Source: an uncultured bacterium
GTDB lineage: Bacteria > Verrucomicrobiota > Kiritimatiellia > RFP12 > UBA1067
Assembly (NCBI GenBank): GCA_902801025.1
Contig: CADCGZ010000004.1
Location: 5,568-69,567 of the forward strand
Reading direction: 5' to 3'
Length of the DNA stretch: 64,000 bases
Below are positions 17,481-28,601 of the stretch, piece after piece (the first letter of the stretch is position 1; every line of letters starts with the position of its first letter). The position numbers and the translations under genes were made by a program. A model generated the notes under the pieces. That model saw nothing but the letters and a program-made list of their open reading frames with translations. It had not been told where the DNA came from and did no database searches.

Positions 17481-18479
17481 ATGGCGGTATCTACGCGAAG
17501 GGGATTCCTCGGTGCAGTGGCGGCAACCGCCGCGATTCCGGCCGCCGCGCCTTCCGCGGACCGTGTCAGGTTCCTTGCGTTCGCCGACATCCACTACATG
17601 CCGGGAGTCTATCCGAACGACTCGCGCGAATGGCTTGAGCGCATACTTGCAAGGGCGGTTTCGTCGCGTTGCGAATTCGCGATTCATGCTGGGGACTTCA
17701 CCCACGATCCGGTGCGCAATGCCGACTACGTGAAGCTGTACAACGACGCGCCGTTGCCGACTTTCCATACGCTCGGGAACCACGATACGGAATTCTGTCC
17801 GGTGGAGAAGACGCTTGAGGCGTACCGCATGGAGCGTGGATACTACTGTTTCGACCGCGGCGGTTTTCGCTTCGTGGTCCTCGACACGAACTATTTCCGC
17901 AATGGAGACTCGTTCGTCCATTTCCAGGGCTCCAACTACTTTGATGTGCCGCGCGAACTTTCCTGGACGCTTGGAGAGGAGCAGTATGCGTGGGCGGAGA
18001 GCGCAATATCAAGCTCTCCCAATCCGTGCGTCGTGTTCATGCACCAGAGCTGCGAGCGCGAGCAGCGCGGAATGCCTGACTGGAGCAGGCTTCGTTCGCT
18101 CTTCGCGCGACTGAATCGCGAAAAGGGCTCGAAAGTGCGTCTTGTCGTGAATGGACACCACCATACCGACGGTTTGCGTTTCATTGACGGAATTCCCTAC
18201 CTCGACCTTAACTCGGCGAACTACAAGTATTACCACGAAAGCCACGAACTCTATCCAGTGGAATATCGAAGGACTCATTCGGGCTGCGGACACACTATTG
18301 CATGGGACGCGCCGCTTAGCGCCGTGCTGACGATTGGCGCGGACGGCTATCTCAAAGTCGAGGGAAGCGAGGCCGGGTATCTCTTCGGCGTGTCGCCCGA
18401 GAAGGCCCGTCTGACCATGCGGGACAGGCCCGTCCGCCCCATTATACAGTCGGTCGAGATGAAAATCTCCCCTGGCTGA
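17481..18479 (+). CDS. Tat-exported metallophosphoesterase (calcineurin-like)
   Basis: Twin-arginine signal MAVSTRRGFLGAVAATAAIPAAA. Motifs are FADIHY, AGDFTHD, GNHD and NGHHH. GGAGGA lies 10 nt upstream of ATG 17481; ATG 17463 is an alternative. Confidence 0.8.
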   Translation: MAVSTRRGFLGAVAATAAIPAAAPSADRVRFLAFADIHYMPGVYPNDSREWLERILARAVSSRCEFAIHAGDFTHDPVRNADYVKLYNDAPLPTFHTLGNHDTEFCPVEKTLEAYRMERGYYCFDRGGFRFVVLDTNYFRNGDSFVHFQGSNYFDVPRELSWTLGEEQYAWAESAISSSPNPCVVFMHQSCEREQRGMPDWSRLRSLFARLNREKGSKVRLVVNGHHHTDGLRFIDGIPYLDLNSANYKYYHESHELYPVEYRRTHSGCGHTIAWDAPLSAVLTIGADGYLKVEGSEAGYLFGVSPEKARLTMRDRPVRPIIQSVEMKISPG

Positions 18480-18621
18480 TTGCATTCGTCACGCTGTGCC
18501 TTGCGTATCTGCCGCGTCATGTGTCGTGCGTTGCCGGCCCTGAATGCGGAAATTTTGAACGTTTTGAGCGTGTGGCGCATTCTTACATTGGAGACCGGGT
18601 ACGGCTTGAAAGGACCGCAGA

Positions 18622-18650
18622 TTGTGCAACTTGCCGAGATTTGATATAAT
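18622..18650 (+). promoter_or_regulatory. Putative promoter with extended -10, leaderless transcript predicted
   Basis: TTGTGC (18622-18627), 17-nt spacer, TATAAT (18645-18650) preceded by TGa. The ATG at 18657 is 6 nt downstream. Confidence 0.5.
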
Positions 18651-18656
18651 TAAAAG

Positions 18657-20780
18657 ATGAAATTGAAATATTGCAGAAAGAGTCTTGTCCGCTTGTCGGC
18701 GTCGGCCGCATTCGTTCTTTTCTTGGCATCGCCATGCTGCGCCGGTGAGAAGGTCCCTGTCCCCGAAGACGCGGGGCTGTACCTTGGCGCGGGCGTCTAC
18801 TCGCCGATCGGCGGAATGCTCTGCGGCGGGTTCTGCTTCACCTACTGGGAGCCCGGCACGCTCGATCCGACGGGCGCCGTAGAGCTGTGTGCCAAAGAGG
18901 GCTTCTGCAACACGCTCCAGTTCTGGCAGCGCGGCGAGAAGCTGCGCGACCTCTGCCGCCTCGCGAAGGAGAAGGGCATCTACTCCACCTGCATCTACTC
19001 GACGGCGACGAACGGCCTCGCGCGGGCCCTCGTGGACGAACTCGGGACTTTCTGGATCGGCTATGACTTTGGCGAGCGCTACAACTTCGCGCTCAACGAC
19101 CTGGGCGAGCGCGGCGGCACACTCGAGTCCGTCGCGGCCGAATACATGGGACGTGTGCGCGAGCATGTCGCCAAGCTCCACGCGGAGGGCTGGGGAAAGG
19201 TGATGGCGACATCGGCGAATTTCTCGCTCGACTACGAAGTCGCCGCGGGGGTCGAGGTTCCTTGCACCGAGGACTTCCCGTTCGGCGACCTCACTCTTTC
19301 TTCGGCGCTCGGGCGCGGTCTCTATCGCCAGTACGACCTGCCGCTCTGGGGGTCGCACCTCGCGCACGAGTGGTACAGCTGGATTCCCCATAAAAACCCT
19401 TACAAGGCGAAGACGCTCGAAACGGCGCTTTACCTCAAGTACATGACCGGTGCGAAGGTCATTATCAACGAGTCAGGATGCTTCCAGCTCCAGAGCTCGC
19501 TGTGCGAGGATTCGCCGATGTCGCGCATGCCCAAGCCGATCCGCAAGCTCTCCACGCGGTTGACGAAAGAGGTCGTCGCGGAGCAGGTGGAGCCCGTAAT
19601 GGACGAGGCGAGGAAGAAGTTTCCGTCGATAGACTGGCGCTCCCCGGTCGCGGTCAAGTATCGCCGCACGCTCGGCGACTTCTACGCATACTGCCGTGCA
19701 CACCCCGCGCCGAAGGGCCAGCCCGAGGCGACGTGGGCGCTTGCGAAGGGCTACCTGGACCTCGGCGACTCGCGCTGCATCCCGGGTGCGGCGATCTGCG
19801 CCGCATACACGCTGGCGCGGAAAAACCCCAACTGGATGCACGGTCTGCCCGAAGCGAGCTGGGAGACGGTGCGCAAGGCCGTCATGCCGCTTCCTCCGAT
19901 GCTCGCGCCGAACAAGAACATCCATTTCTCCGCGACGCCGTATGGCCTTTGCGACATTGTTTCGTTCGCGGGCGAGGGCCCCTCGGCGGAGCATCTGCTT
20001 GCGAACTACAAGGTCGTCATGTTCTCGGGGTGGAACACATGCACACCGCGCCAGTACGCAGTTCTGTGCGACTACGTGAAGGGCGGCGGCACGCTCGTGA
20101 TCGGGCTATGCCATCTTTCGACGGACAATGCGCGCAACTACACGGACATGTCGGCCGAGAAGCTCATCAACGGGGGAGACCTGACGGAACTGTGCGGGCT
20201 CAAGGTCGTTGGGGAGACGAAGCGCAAGTATTGGGCTACAGCCCCGTCCGTGACGCCAAACTGCCTCGGTTTCGCCGCGCGTCGGCGCTTCGGATACATG
20301 TGCCTGCCGCTTGGAAAGCTTGAATACGCGGCGTCTGAGGAGTCCTTCGAGCCGATCGCGGTTGACGACGAGGAGGGCGAGCCGTTCATCCTGCGTTGCC
20401 GCAAAGGGAAGGGGCAGGTGCTGCTGATGAACTGGTACGCCTATCCGGCGGCCGCGAACATGGACGTCGGCTGCGGCGCGGAGGTCGAGGACGTCGGGCT
20501 CGTCGGCTATCTCTACCGGTATGCGGCGACGCTCGGACGTGGGAACGTGTGGATCACAGGCCGGGACTTCGAGAATCCCGACGAGGACTGCCGCTGGATC
20601 GTCTATTCGTATTTCCCAGACGAGGGGAAGATATGCCTGCTGAATCTCGACTATGCGCACGATCGCAGCTTCGTCCTGCAGCAGTTCGGCGACAAGGATT
20701 TCGTGACCCTCGCACCGGGCGAGTTCCGACTCGTGGAATCCGTCCGGTTGCGCCCGGAAGAGAAGCTTAACAAGGAGTGA
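18657..20780 (+). CDS. Exported hypothetical protein
   Basis: 707-aa ORF with the signal/lipoprotein-like N-terminus SAAFVLFLASPCCAG. The segment VVMFSGWNTCTPRQYAVLCDYVKGGGTLVIGL resembles the glutamine-amidotransferase-like domain found in some beta-galactosidases. No catalytic family recognised. Confidence 0.65.
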   Translation: MKLKYCRKSLVRLSASAAFVLFLASPCCAGEKVPVPEDAGLYLGAGVYSPIGGMLCGGFCFTYWEPGTLDPTGAVELCAKEGFCNTLQFWQRGEKLRDLCRLAKEKGIYSTCIYSTATNGLARALVDELGTFWIGYDFGERYNFALNDLGERGGTLESVAAEYMGRVREHVAKLHAEGWGKVMATSANFSLDYEVAAGVEVPCTEDFPFGDLTLSSALGRGLYRQYDLPLWGSHLAHEWYSWIPHKNPYKAKTLETALYLKYMTGAKVIINESGCFQLQSSLCEDSPMSRMPKPIRKLSTRLTKEVVAEQVEPVMDEARKKFPSIDWRSPVAVKYRRTLGDFYAYCRAHPAPKGQPEATWALAKGYLDLGDSRCIPGAAICAAYTLARKNPNWMHGLPEASWETVRKAVMPLPPMLAPNKNIHFSATPYGLCDIVSFAGEGPSAEHLLANYKVVMFSGWNTCTPRQYAVLCDYVKGGGTLVIGLCHLSTDNARNYTDMSAEKLINGGDLTELCGLKVVGETKRKYWATAPSVTPNCLGFAARRRFGYMCLPLGKLEYAASEESFEPIAVDDEEGEPFILRCRKGKGQVLLMNWYAYPAAANMDVGCGAEVEDVGLVGYLYRYAATLGRGNVWITGRDFENPDEDCRWIVYSYFPDEGKICLLNLDYAHDRSFVLQQFGDKDFVTLAPGEFRLVESVRLRPEEKLNKE

Positions 20781-20788
20781 AAGGACAA

Positions 20789-22597
20789 ATGAGAGCAAGA
20801 TACATGCTGGTTTGCGCCATGTGCGCAATAGCGTCCGGCGCGGCGAGCGCCGGCGTGGAAGACACCGTCTGGAACGCGCAGAAGGAGCGCGCGAAGACGC
20901 TGAAGGCAGAAAACGCGAAGCGATTGCGCGCGCTCGGCGTAAAGGACGACGTGGCGTTCTTCGCCGTTCCGGCGTTGAGCGACCTCATGCGCCTCGACGA
21001 CACATGGCCGGACGACGGGACACTTGGCGGGACTGTTCGCTGCGTCCTTGCCCAGGACGAGTTCGAGGCCTGTTCGTTCGAGCTCTTTTCTTTCAGCGAT
21101 ATCGACGGCATCGAGCTCAAGGTCGATCTCGGCTTGCCGAACGACCTTCGCGTCGTAAAGCTCTGGTTCCAGAACGGCAACGGCTGGGTGAGCTATTTCG
21201 ACGACATCGGGCTCAAGCTCGTCCCTGAACTCCTGCTCCACGACGAGAACCTGATCAAGGTCGTCAAGGACGGCGACGGCCCCGCAAACTACGCCCGCGT
21301 CCGGAAGGGCGGAAAGGACGAGTTCGTCTGGATTTCGTCGCCAAAGGAGATGAATCCCGAGAAGGAAAAGTGGCAGTATTCCGACGGCTTTGCCGACGCG
21401 GACCGGCTTCTGCCCGTCGCGCTCGAGAAGAATTCCTTCAAGCAGTTCTTCCTGACGATCCATCCGCCGAAGAACCAGAAGCCCGGCGTCTACAAGGGTT
21501 CCGTGACCGTCTCGCGCAAGGGGAAGGAGCTCGCGAAGATACCGCTTGCCGTGCGCGTCCTGCCGTTTGCGCTTCCCTTTCCAAAGGGCTATCTCCAGAG
21601 GGACAAGGCGTACATGCACTCATGCATGGGCGCGATGCCGAACCTCGAGCGGCTCGTCGGCAACTTCGATGGCGACGAGGCGAAGGCGAAGAAGTGCTTC
21701 CGCGCATGGCTCCAGTCTCTCTACGACCATTCGATGTTCCATGCCGTCTGGATCGGCGAGAACAACGCCTGGTGCGTCCCGCTGCTGCGCGAAATCGGCT
21801 TCCCGCTCGACGTCGTGTGGGGCTCCAACATGGTGCCGTGGTTCGGGCTGAACTTCGGAGGGCGCATGAGGTACGAGCATCTTCGCTGGGCGCAGGACGC
21901 GGCGAAGAAGTGCAGCGCGTTCTACAAGAAGGTCCTCGGCGACGCGAAGATCTGCTGCGGGCACGGCGACGAGCAGGGGACGGCGTTCGTGACGGCACAC
22001 CGCGAGCTCTTCCGCGAATACGAGAAGTATGGCATTTCGATCGGCTGCGCCGGGCACGAGGGACTTCTCTACAAGGGCGGCTACGCCTACGGGCACTACC
22101 CAATGGCGGGCGAGCCGGAGAACGCCTACCTGAAGTCACGCCCGTGGCGCGAGATCGGCGCGTATCCGATCGGCTTCTACGCTTCGCAGCACACGGCTAG
22201 CGAGAACCCGCAGTATACGCGCCGCCAGCACGGCATCCTCGGCTGGCTCAACGGCCTGACGATGGCGCACAACTACGAGTTCGCCATTGGCAGCTTCAAC
22301 GACCGCGCGAACATTCTCTACCGGCCTATGGTCGTCAGCTACTGCAATTCGCAGGGTCTGATGGAGACGATCGAGTACGCGGGCTTCCGCGAGGCCTGCG
22401 ACGACATCCGCTATGCGACTTACTTGCTCGACCTTGCGGAAGAGGCGGGGAAGTCGAAGGACGTCGACACTCGCATTCTCGGCAAGAAGGCGCGGATGTA
22501 TCTCGCGATGCTCAAGGGCGAGACGATGGATCTCGACGCGGTGCGACTTGAGATGATCGCGAAGATACTCGAGCTGCGCGGCGCGCTTGGGAAGTGA
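20789..22597 (+). CDS. Exported hypothetical protein (possibly DUF4091/GH123-like)
   Basis: ATG 20789 lies 11 nt after AAGGAG. Signal MRARYMLVCAMCAIASGAASA. The segment VTVSRKGKELAKIPLAVRVLPFALPFP resembles the beta-sandwich/TIM junction of DUF4091 proteins. The assignment is weak. Confidence 0.6.
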   Translation: MRARYMLVCAMCAIASGAASAGVEDTVWNAQKERAKTLKAENAKRLRALGVKDDVAFFAVPALSDLMRLDDTWPDDGTLGGTVRCVLAQDEFEACSFELFSFSDIDGIELKVDLGLPNDLRVVKLWFQNGNGWVSYFDDIGLKLVPELLLHDENLIKVVKDGDGPANYARVRKGGKDEFVWISSPKEMNPEKEKWQYSDGFADADRLLPVALEKNSFKQFFLTIHPPKNQKPGVYKGSVTVSRKGKELAKIPLAVRVLPFALPFPKGYLQRDKAYMHSCMGAMPNLERLVGNFDGDEAKAKKCFRAWLQSLYDHSMFHAVWIGENNAWCVPLLREIGFPLDVVWGSNMVPWFGLNFGGRMRYEHLRWAQDAAKKCSAFYKKVLGDAKICCGHGDEQGTAFVTAHRELFREYEKYGISIGCAGHEGLLYKGGYAYGHYPMAGEPENAYLKSRPWREIGAYPIGFYASQHTASENPQYTRRQHGILGWLNGLTMAHNYEFAIGSFNDRANILYRPMVVSYCNSQGLMETIEYAGFREACDDIRYATYLLDLAEEAGKSKDVDTRILGKKARMYLAMLKGETMDLDAVRLEMIAKILELRGALGK

Positions 22598-22633
22598 GGA
22601 AACGTGAAACGACTTACAGACGGGAGACTTGAA

Positions 22634-24763
22634 ATGAAGAAGATCGCTATCATTGCAGTTGCTGTTCTGGCGGCCGGGTTCGCCCTGGCGCTCACGCCGG
22701 AGGAAAAGGCCGCCCAGGAAAAGGCCAAGGCGGAAGCCAGGGCCGCGCAGGAGAAGGCGCGCGCAGAGGCCAAGGCGAGCGCCGAGGCGTGGAAGACGCT
22801 TCGCAAGGAGGCGGAGGAAATCGCCCAGAAGGATTTTAAAGGCGGCTTCGCCAACTACTGGCACGACGGCATCGACGCCGCGCGCGACAAGCTCGAAAAG
22901 GCGCTTGAAGACCCTGTTTTCAAGAACAGGGAGAAAATCGACATCTGCCGCCAGATCGCGCAGTACTGTCTCGAGTCGACGCGCGACGAGAAGGGCGCCC
23001 TTGCCGCCATCGAGAAGCCGTTCGCCTTCAAAGACCTTTCGGACGACGACCGGAAATACGCCGAGTCTCGCAAGGCCGACCTTCGCCGGCTGATGGGCCT
23101 TGACCCCAAGCCGGAGCAGGAAAAGCGCGACGAAGCGTGGTATCTCGCGGAGCTCGGGAAGAACGAAGTGAAGTCGGGCGCCTATTCCCGCACGCTCAAC
23201 GACTACTTCAAGTTCTGCGTCGAAAAGGATGCCGCGTATTTCAAGGCGAAGGTGCCGGACCTCGTGAAGGGCAAGCTTGCGGCCGACGAAAAGTCCGACT
23301 GCGTGCGGCAGGCTTTCCAGTCGGCGACTTGGAACTGGCGGAACCGTGCGGGCGACAAGGCCTTCAAGTCCCCTGCGTTCGCGGCATGGCTTGTCGGGTT
23401 CGTCGATTCGTTCCCCAACGCGCAGATCAAGCCCTCCTCCGCCGACAAGTTCCAGTATCTGCGCGGCTTCAAGACCCACGACCTCGACGCCCTGTCGGAG
23501 AAGTATGCGCGCGCTGTCGTCGAGGAGGCGAAGGATCCGAATAACAAGGTGAATCCAAACGCGCTCAAGGCGGCAGAGAGATTCCTCGCTTTCTGCAAGG
23601 TCGGCGACAACGCGGGCCGTGCAATCGATGCGTGCAAAGACTGGCTGAAGGCCCAGGGCAAGGCCGACGACAAGGTCGAGCTCGCCAAGCTCCTCGCCGA
23701 ACAGGCGCAGGACTTCCTCACGTGCGGCAATGAGGCAGGGGCGCGGAAGATCTGGCAGGCGCGCGAGAAGATCGTGCCGCCGCGCAAGCCGGTGAAGTTC
23801 GCGTGCAAGTGGTGGAGCGGTGCGCCGCACGACATTCGCGGCATCGTCGAGTCGGGCTTTTTCGCAAAGGCCGAAAAGACGCCGCTCGTCTACAAGTATG
23901 GCGACAACCTCAAGTTCCTCATCGAGACGGACTCCGCGCTCACGGGCCGCGAGATGACGACCGACAAGGGCGAGAAGTTCCGTCCGTCGGAGCTCTTCGC
24001 GTTTTGCGACGAGCGTGGCGTCAAGTTCCTCCTCCGCCAGTATCTCGACAACATGGACGACATCCGGGCCGACTTCGCGAACGCCCCGGGCGTCGAATCG
24101 TATGTGGCGACAGGAATCGACAGTCCCTACCACTGCATCATGTTCGGGGCGAACGAGGGGGCAGAGGTCGCCGACAACTTCCTCACTCAGTACGACAACG
24201 GGACGGGCTACCGCGTGACGCAGGAGAAGCGCGGGACGCTTGCCTGCTCGAGTCTCTATCTCGCCGACGGCACGGCGACGCTCGTGGAGATTCCCTGGGC
24301 CGCGGTTTTTGATTCGCTCCCCGACGGGAAGAACGCCTGGTACGTCGAGTTCCTCAACTGGTCTCACGGCGGCATGAGCCTCGGCGGGTCGATTTCGGTC
24401 CACAACCGCTCGTCGTTCGCAGAGATGCGCTTCGAGGGCGTGGACGCCAAGGCGCTTGCCGCGATCAAGCGTACGCTGCTCCTTCCGGCGCGTAATGTCT
24501 TTAGGAACTCGATCAATCCGCGCTCGAACGGTGACGCCGAGCGGTGGTCCGACCCCGTGCTCGGCGACCAGGCGTTCTATCTCGCGAAGGTCAAGCCGCT
24601 TGTCGAGGAGCTTAAGCCGTTTGCAGACCGCATTTCGCGCGAGCTTACGGACGCCGAGGTTGTCGAAATCTACGACAAGGCCGGTGTGGCGATGCTCAAC
24701 TTTGACTACGAAATCGCACGTTTGCGCCGCGAATGGCTTGAGGAGAAGCTCACCACCGACTGA
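22634..24763 (+). CDS. Exported hypothetical protein with A/E/K-rich N-terminal linker
   Basis: Signal MKKIAIIAVAVLAAGFALA, then AQEKAKAEARAAQEKARAEAKASAEA. The rest is a long ORF with normal composition. No family recognised. Confidence 0.65.
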   Translation: MKKIAIIAVAVLAAGFALALTPEEKAAQEKAKAEARAAQEKARAEAKASAEAWKTLRKEAEEIAQKDFKGGFANYWHDGIDAARDKLEKALEDPVFKNREKIDICRQIAQYCLESTRDEKGALAAIEKPFAFKDLSDDDRKYAESRKADLRRLMGLDPKPEQEKRDEAWYLAELGKNEVKSGAYSRTLNDYFKFCVEKDAAYFKAKVPDLVKGKLAADEKSDCVRQAFQSATWNWRNRAGDKAFKSPAFAAWLVGFVDSFPNAQIKPSSADKFQYLRGFKTHDLDALSEKYARAVVEEAKDPNNKVNPNALKAAERFLAFCKVGDNAGRAIDACKDWLKAQGKADDKVELAKLLAEQAQDFLTCGNEAGARKIWQAREKIVPPRKPVKFACKWWSGAPHDIRGIVESGFFAKAEKTPLVYKYGDNLKFLIETDSALTGREMTTDKGEKFRPSELFAFCDERGVKFLLRQYLDNMDDIRADFANAPGVESYVATGIDSPYHCIMFGANEGAEVADNFLTQYDNGTGYRVTQEKRGTLACSSLYLADGTATLVEIPWAAVFDSLPDGKNAWYVEFLNWSHGGMSLGGSISVHNRSSFAEMRFEGVDAKALAAIKRTLLLPARNVFRNSINPRSNGDAERWSDPVLGDQAFYLAKVKPLVEELKPFADRISRELTDAEVVEIYDKAGVAMLNFDYEIARLRREWLEEKLTTD

Positions 24764-24852
24764 CGTTGGCTTTGCGAAATCACGACAAAGCCCTCTGTTT
24801 CCTTCAGTCACAGAAGGCCTTGTAGCGGGCGAAAGTCCAGGCATGGCATGGG

Positions 24853-24877
24853 ATAAGCGCGGATTGCGCTTATTTTC
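24853..24877 (+). terminator. Putative intrinsic terminator
   Basis: Hairpin ATAAGCGC-ggatt-GCGCTTAT followed by TTTT. It lies between the 22634..24763 CDS and the secA promoter. Confidence 0.45.
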
Positions 24878-24896
24878 CCCGCTGTGCCGAAAAATT

Positions 24897-24905
24897 TGGT
24901 ATAAT
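24897..24905 (+). promoter_or_regulatory. Extended -10 element of secA promoter
   Basis: TGgTATAAT. The ATG at 24916 is 10 nt downstream, with no Shine-Dalgarno in between. Confidence 0.45.
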
Positions 24906-24915
24906 ATCGCGTAGT

Positions 24916-27900
24916 ATGAACATTTTGAAGTTTCTGTTTGGGACAAAAAACGATCGAGAGCTCAAAAGGCTCTGGCCGATCGTCCGTGAGATTAATCGTA
25001 TCGAGAGCGAGTATCAGGCCAGGAATTTCGCGGACGACGACTATCCGCGCATGACCCAGGAGTTCAAGGATCGCATTGCGAAGGGCGAGACCCTCGACCA
25101 CATACTCCCCGAGGCGTTTGCGCTCGTGAAGAACGCCTGCCGCCATCTCTGCGGCACGACGGCCGATGTCTGCGGCCACCAGCTTACCTGGAACATGGTC
25201 CCGTTCGACGTGCAGCTCATCGGCGGCATCGTCCTCCATCGCGGCAACATCTCCGAAATGCAGACGGGCGAGGGCAAGACGCTCGTCGCGACTCTGCCGC
25301 TCTACCTGAACGCGCTTTCTGGAAAGAACGTCCAGCTCGTCACTGTGAACGACTACCTCGCCCGACGTGACGCCGCCTGGATGGGTCACCTCTACAAGTT
25401 CCTCGGCCTCACCGTCGGCTGCATCCAGAACTCGATGGATTCCGAGGAGAGGCGCGCCCAGTATGCGTGCGACATCACCTACGGCACCAACAGCGAGTTC
25501 GGCTTCGACTACCTTCGCGACAACGGCATGGCCCAGCGGCCCGAGGACGTCGTGCAGAACGGCCACAACTTCGCGATCGTCGACGAAGTTGACTCGATTC
25601 TCATCGACGAGGCGAGGACGCCGCTCATTATTTCCGGCCCCGCGACGCTTTCGACTTCGCACATCTACCAGAACCTGAACCCGCTCGTCTCTTCGATCGT
25701 GCGCGTACAGACGGCGCAGTGCAACGACTTCATTCAGGAGGCGAAGAAGGCGCTTGCGTCGGGCGACATCGAGCTCGTGAAGGACAAGATCTACCAGGTC
25801 TACCACTCGATGCCGAAGCACAAGCAGCTCATGCATCTCCTCGAGGACGCCGATGTCCGCAAGATGCACGAGGACGTCGAGCTGCAGATGCTCTCCGAGA
25901 TGCGCAAGGAGCATGCCCGCGAGCTCAAGGAAGAGCTCTACTTCACGATTGACGAGAGGACGCGCGAAGTCTCGCTCACCGACAAGGGCTGCGAGAAGAT
26001 CTGTCCCGAGGACCCGAAGCTCTTCGTCCTTCCCGACCTTGCGGCCGAGATGAGCGCGATTGACGGCGACACTTCGCTTACCGAGCAGGAACGCCTTGAG
26101 CGCCGCCGCGACACGCAGTCCTCTTTCGTCGAGAGGTCCGACCGCGTACACGTCGTCGACCAGCTTCTCCGCGCCTATTGCCTCTACGAACGCGACGTCG
26201 ACTACGTCGTGCAGGACAACCACGTCTACATCGTCGATGAGTTCACGGGCCGCGTCCTACCCGGACGCCGCTGGTCCGACGGTCTCCACCAGGCGGTCGA
26301 GGCGAAGGAGGGCGTCGAGATCGAGAAGGAGTCCCAGACCCTCGCGACGATCACGATTCAGAACTACTTCCGACTCTACAAGAAGCTCGCCGGCATGACC
26401 GGCACAGCCGAGACCGAGGCGAGCGAGTTCAAGTCGATCTACAAACTCGACGTCGTCTCGATCCCGACAAACAAGCCGGTGAACCGCATCGATGGCAACG
26501 ACCAGATATACCGCACCCAGCGCGAAAAGTTCAAGGCGATCATCGCCGATGTCGCAGAGCGTCACGCGAAGGGCCAGCCGATCCTGCTCGGCACCGTTAC
26601 GGTCGACACTTCAGAGATTCTTTCGCGCATGCTCAAGCTCGCGCACATCCCGCACGAGGTCTTGAACGCCAAGAACCACGCTCGCGAAGCCGAGATCGTC
26701 GCGCTCGCGGGTCAGCGCGGCGCCGTTACGATTGCAACGAACATGGCGGGCCGCGGCACCGACATCAAGCTCGGAGAGGGCGTTCCCGAGGTCGGCGGCC
26801 TTCACGTCATCGGTTCCGAGCGCCACGAGTCGCGGCGCATCGACCGCCAGCTCAGGGGCCGCTGCTCTCGTCAGGGCGACCCCGGCTCCTCGCAGTTCTT
26901 CATATCCCTCGAAGACCAGCTCATGCGCCTTTTCGGCTCCCAGAGGATTTCTGGCATTATGCAGAAGCTTGGCCTCCAGGAAGGCGAGGTGATGGAGCAC
27001 CGCTGGCTCAACAAGTCCGTCGAGACGGCACAGCGCCGCGTCGAACAACAGCACTTCGCGATCCGCAAGCGCACGCTCGAGTACGACGACGTGATGAACA
27101 AGCAGCGCACGATCGTCTACGAGCTCCGCGGCAAGGTTCTCACCGGCGACGCCGCGACTGTGCACGGTCTTGTCCTCGATGTCGCGAACGACCTCATCCA
27201 GTCGCAGGCCGAGCGCTATCTCTTCAGCCCCAAGGACGGTTCTCTCGAGGACTTCATGAGCTGGCTTGGCGTTTCTTTCCCGGTGTCCGTTTCCGAAGAA
27301 GAGCTCCGTCCGCTCATGGGCACCCCCGGTCTCGCGGGCGATCTCGTCTACAAGCGCGTCGAGGAGGCGTACGAGGCAAAGTGCGCTGGCGAGGACCAGG
27401 AGATGCTTCCGTTCATGGAACGCGGCGTGTTCCTTCAGGTGATCGACCGCGAATGGCAGGACTACCTCAGGGCGATGGACGATCTCCGCCAGGGTGTGAA
27501 CCTCCGTGCGTACGGACAGCGCGATCCGCTCGTCGAGTACAAGAAAGAGGCCTTTTCAATGTTCGAGTCGCTTATCGCCACAATCAAGGCGAAGGTTGTC
27601 TCGGCCGAGTTCAGGAGCGCCACCGCCGCGCGCATGCAGCGCATGCTCGCGGCGATGGGTGGGGCGCGCATGCGCACGAACGCCGACGAGATCACCGTCA
27701 CCGACAGCGAGAAGCAGTCGGCCTCGCCGGTTTCCGAGCAGCGCACGGGGGCGTCCTCGAAGACGATTGGCGACGTGTTCGCCTCGATGATGTCGCGTCC
27801 GCCGACGGCTGTTCCGCAGGGGCCTGTGCCTGCTGCGGCGCCTCGCGTCCAGCCGGTTGTCGGCCGCAACGATCCGTGCCCTTGCGGGTCTGGCAAGAAA

Positions 27901-27933
27901 TTCAAGAAATGCTGCGGGAGGAACATGGTATGA
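24916..27933 (+). CDS. secA: Preprotein translocase ATPase SecA
   Basis: 1005 aa. Motifs are [62 protein letters not shown] and the C-terminal zinc motif [14 protein letters not shown]. Confidence 0.97.
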   Translation: MNILKFLFGTKNDRELKRLWPIVREINRIESEYQARNFADDDYPRMTQEFKDRIAKGETLDHILPEAFALVKNACRHLCGTTADVCGHQLTWNMVPFDVQLIGGIVLHRGNISEMQTGEGKTLVATLPLYLNALSGKNVQLVTVNDYLARRDAAWMGHLYKFLGLTVGCIQNSMDSEERRAQYACDITYGTNSEFGFDYLRDNGMAQRPEDVVQNGHNFAIVDEVDSILIDEARTPLIISGPATLSTSHIYQNLNPLVSSIVRVQTAQCNDFIQEAKKALASGDIELVKDKIYQVYHSMPKHKQLMHLLEDADVRKMHEDVELQMLSEMRKEHARELKEELYFTIDERTREVSLTDKGCEKICPEDPKLFVLPDLAAEMSAIDGDTSLTEQERLERRRDTQSSFVERSDRVHVVDQLLRAYCLYERDVDYVVQDNHVYIVDEFTGRVLPGRRWSDGLHQAVEAKEGVEIEKESQTLATITIQNYFRLYKKLAGMTGTAETEASEFKSIYKLDVVSIPTNKPVNRIDGNDQIYRTQREKFKAIIADVAERHAKGQPILLGTVTVDTSEILSRMLKLAHIPHEVLNAKNHAREAEIVALAGQRGAVTIATNMAGRGTDIKLGEGVPEVGGLHVIGSERHESRRIDRQLRGRCSRQGDPGSSQFFISLEDQLMRLFGSQRISGIMQKLGLQEGEVMEHRWLNKSVETAQRRVEQQHFAIRKRTLEYDDVMNKQRTIVYELRGKVLTGDAATVHGLVLDVANDLIQSQAERYLFSPKDGSLEDFMSWLGVSFPVSVSEEELRPLMGTPGLAGDLVYKRVEEAYEAKCAGEDQEMLPFMERGVFLQVIDREWQDYLRAMDDLRQGVNLRAYGQRDPLVEYKKEAFSMFESLIATIKAKVVSAEFRSATAARMQRMLAAMGGARMRTNADEITVTDSEKQSASPVSEQRTGASSKTIGDVFASMMSRPPTAVPQGPVPAAAPRVQPVVGRNDPCPCGSGKKFKKCCGRNMV

Positions 27934-28601
27934 CGACTGCGATAATAGTGGCCGCCGGAAAGTCCGAGCGGATGGGAGCTGGAACGGACAAGGCGTTCCT
28001 GAGCTTGGGCAACAAGCCCGTCGTGGCATGGTCGCTTCTCGCGTTCGAGCGGTGCGCCGACGTGGACAGGATAGTCCTCGTCGTTCGCAAGGAGCAGCAG
28101 CTCGCCGCAAAGGCGGTCGCCAGGATGTTCGGCATCTCCAAGCTGGTGGCGGTTGTTCCCGGCGGCAACAAGCGCCAGGAATCCGTGCAGGCGGGGCTCG
28201 CCGCGTGCGATGCGGATACGCGCTTTGTCGTCGTCCATGACGGAGCGAGGCCCTGCATTACGCCTGATGTCGTCTCCGAGGTCGTTAAGCTCGCGAAGCG
28301 CGTGGGTGCCGCGACGGTAGGCCGCCGCATCACCGACACCGTGAAGCGCGTAGAGAAGGGAACTGCGGTTTCCGGCACGGAGGACAGGGATAAGCTCTGG
28401 GCGGTGCAGACGCCGCAGGCGTTCCATTTCAAGATTCTCGCAAATGCGTACAAGAACCTCGGCAAGAACGACGTGACCGACGACTGCCAGGCCGTCGAGC
28501 TTTCCGGCGAGACCGTGCGCATCTACGAGAACAGGGCGCCCAACTTCAAGATAACCACCGTGGAAGACCTGCAGATGGCAAGTGCGCTGCTCGTAAAGTG
28601 A
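27930..28601 (+). CDS. ispD: 2-C-methyl-D-erythritol 4-phosphate cytidylyltransferase
   Basis: 223 aa from ATG 27930 (ATGA overlap with the secA stop). Motifs are [19 protein letters not shown] and [10 protein letters not shown]. Confidence 0.92.
   Translation: MTTAIIVAAGKSERMGAGTDKAFLSLGNKPVVAWSLLAFERCADVDRIVLVVRKEQQLAAKAVARMFGISKLVAVVPGGNKRQESVQAGLAACDADTRFVVVHDGARPCITPDVVSEVVKLAKRVGAATVGRRITDTVKRVEKGTAVSGTEDRDKLWAVQTPQAFHFKILANAYKNLGKNDVTDDCQAVELSGETVRIYENRAPNFKITTVEDLQMASALLVK

Noticed and set aside
27381-27929. 5' extensions of ORFs that overlap upstream genes: ispD 27381, lptB 4000, SDR 9078, ptsH 6268, ptsI 6572, and the 15679, 17439, 54603 and 57074 starts
   Set aside because: The extended parts overlap the preceding CDS and lack family similarity. 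Internal ATGs coincide with SD sites, stop/start overlaps and the expected protein N-termini.
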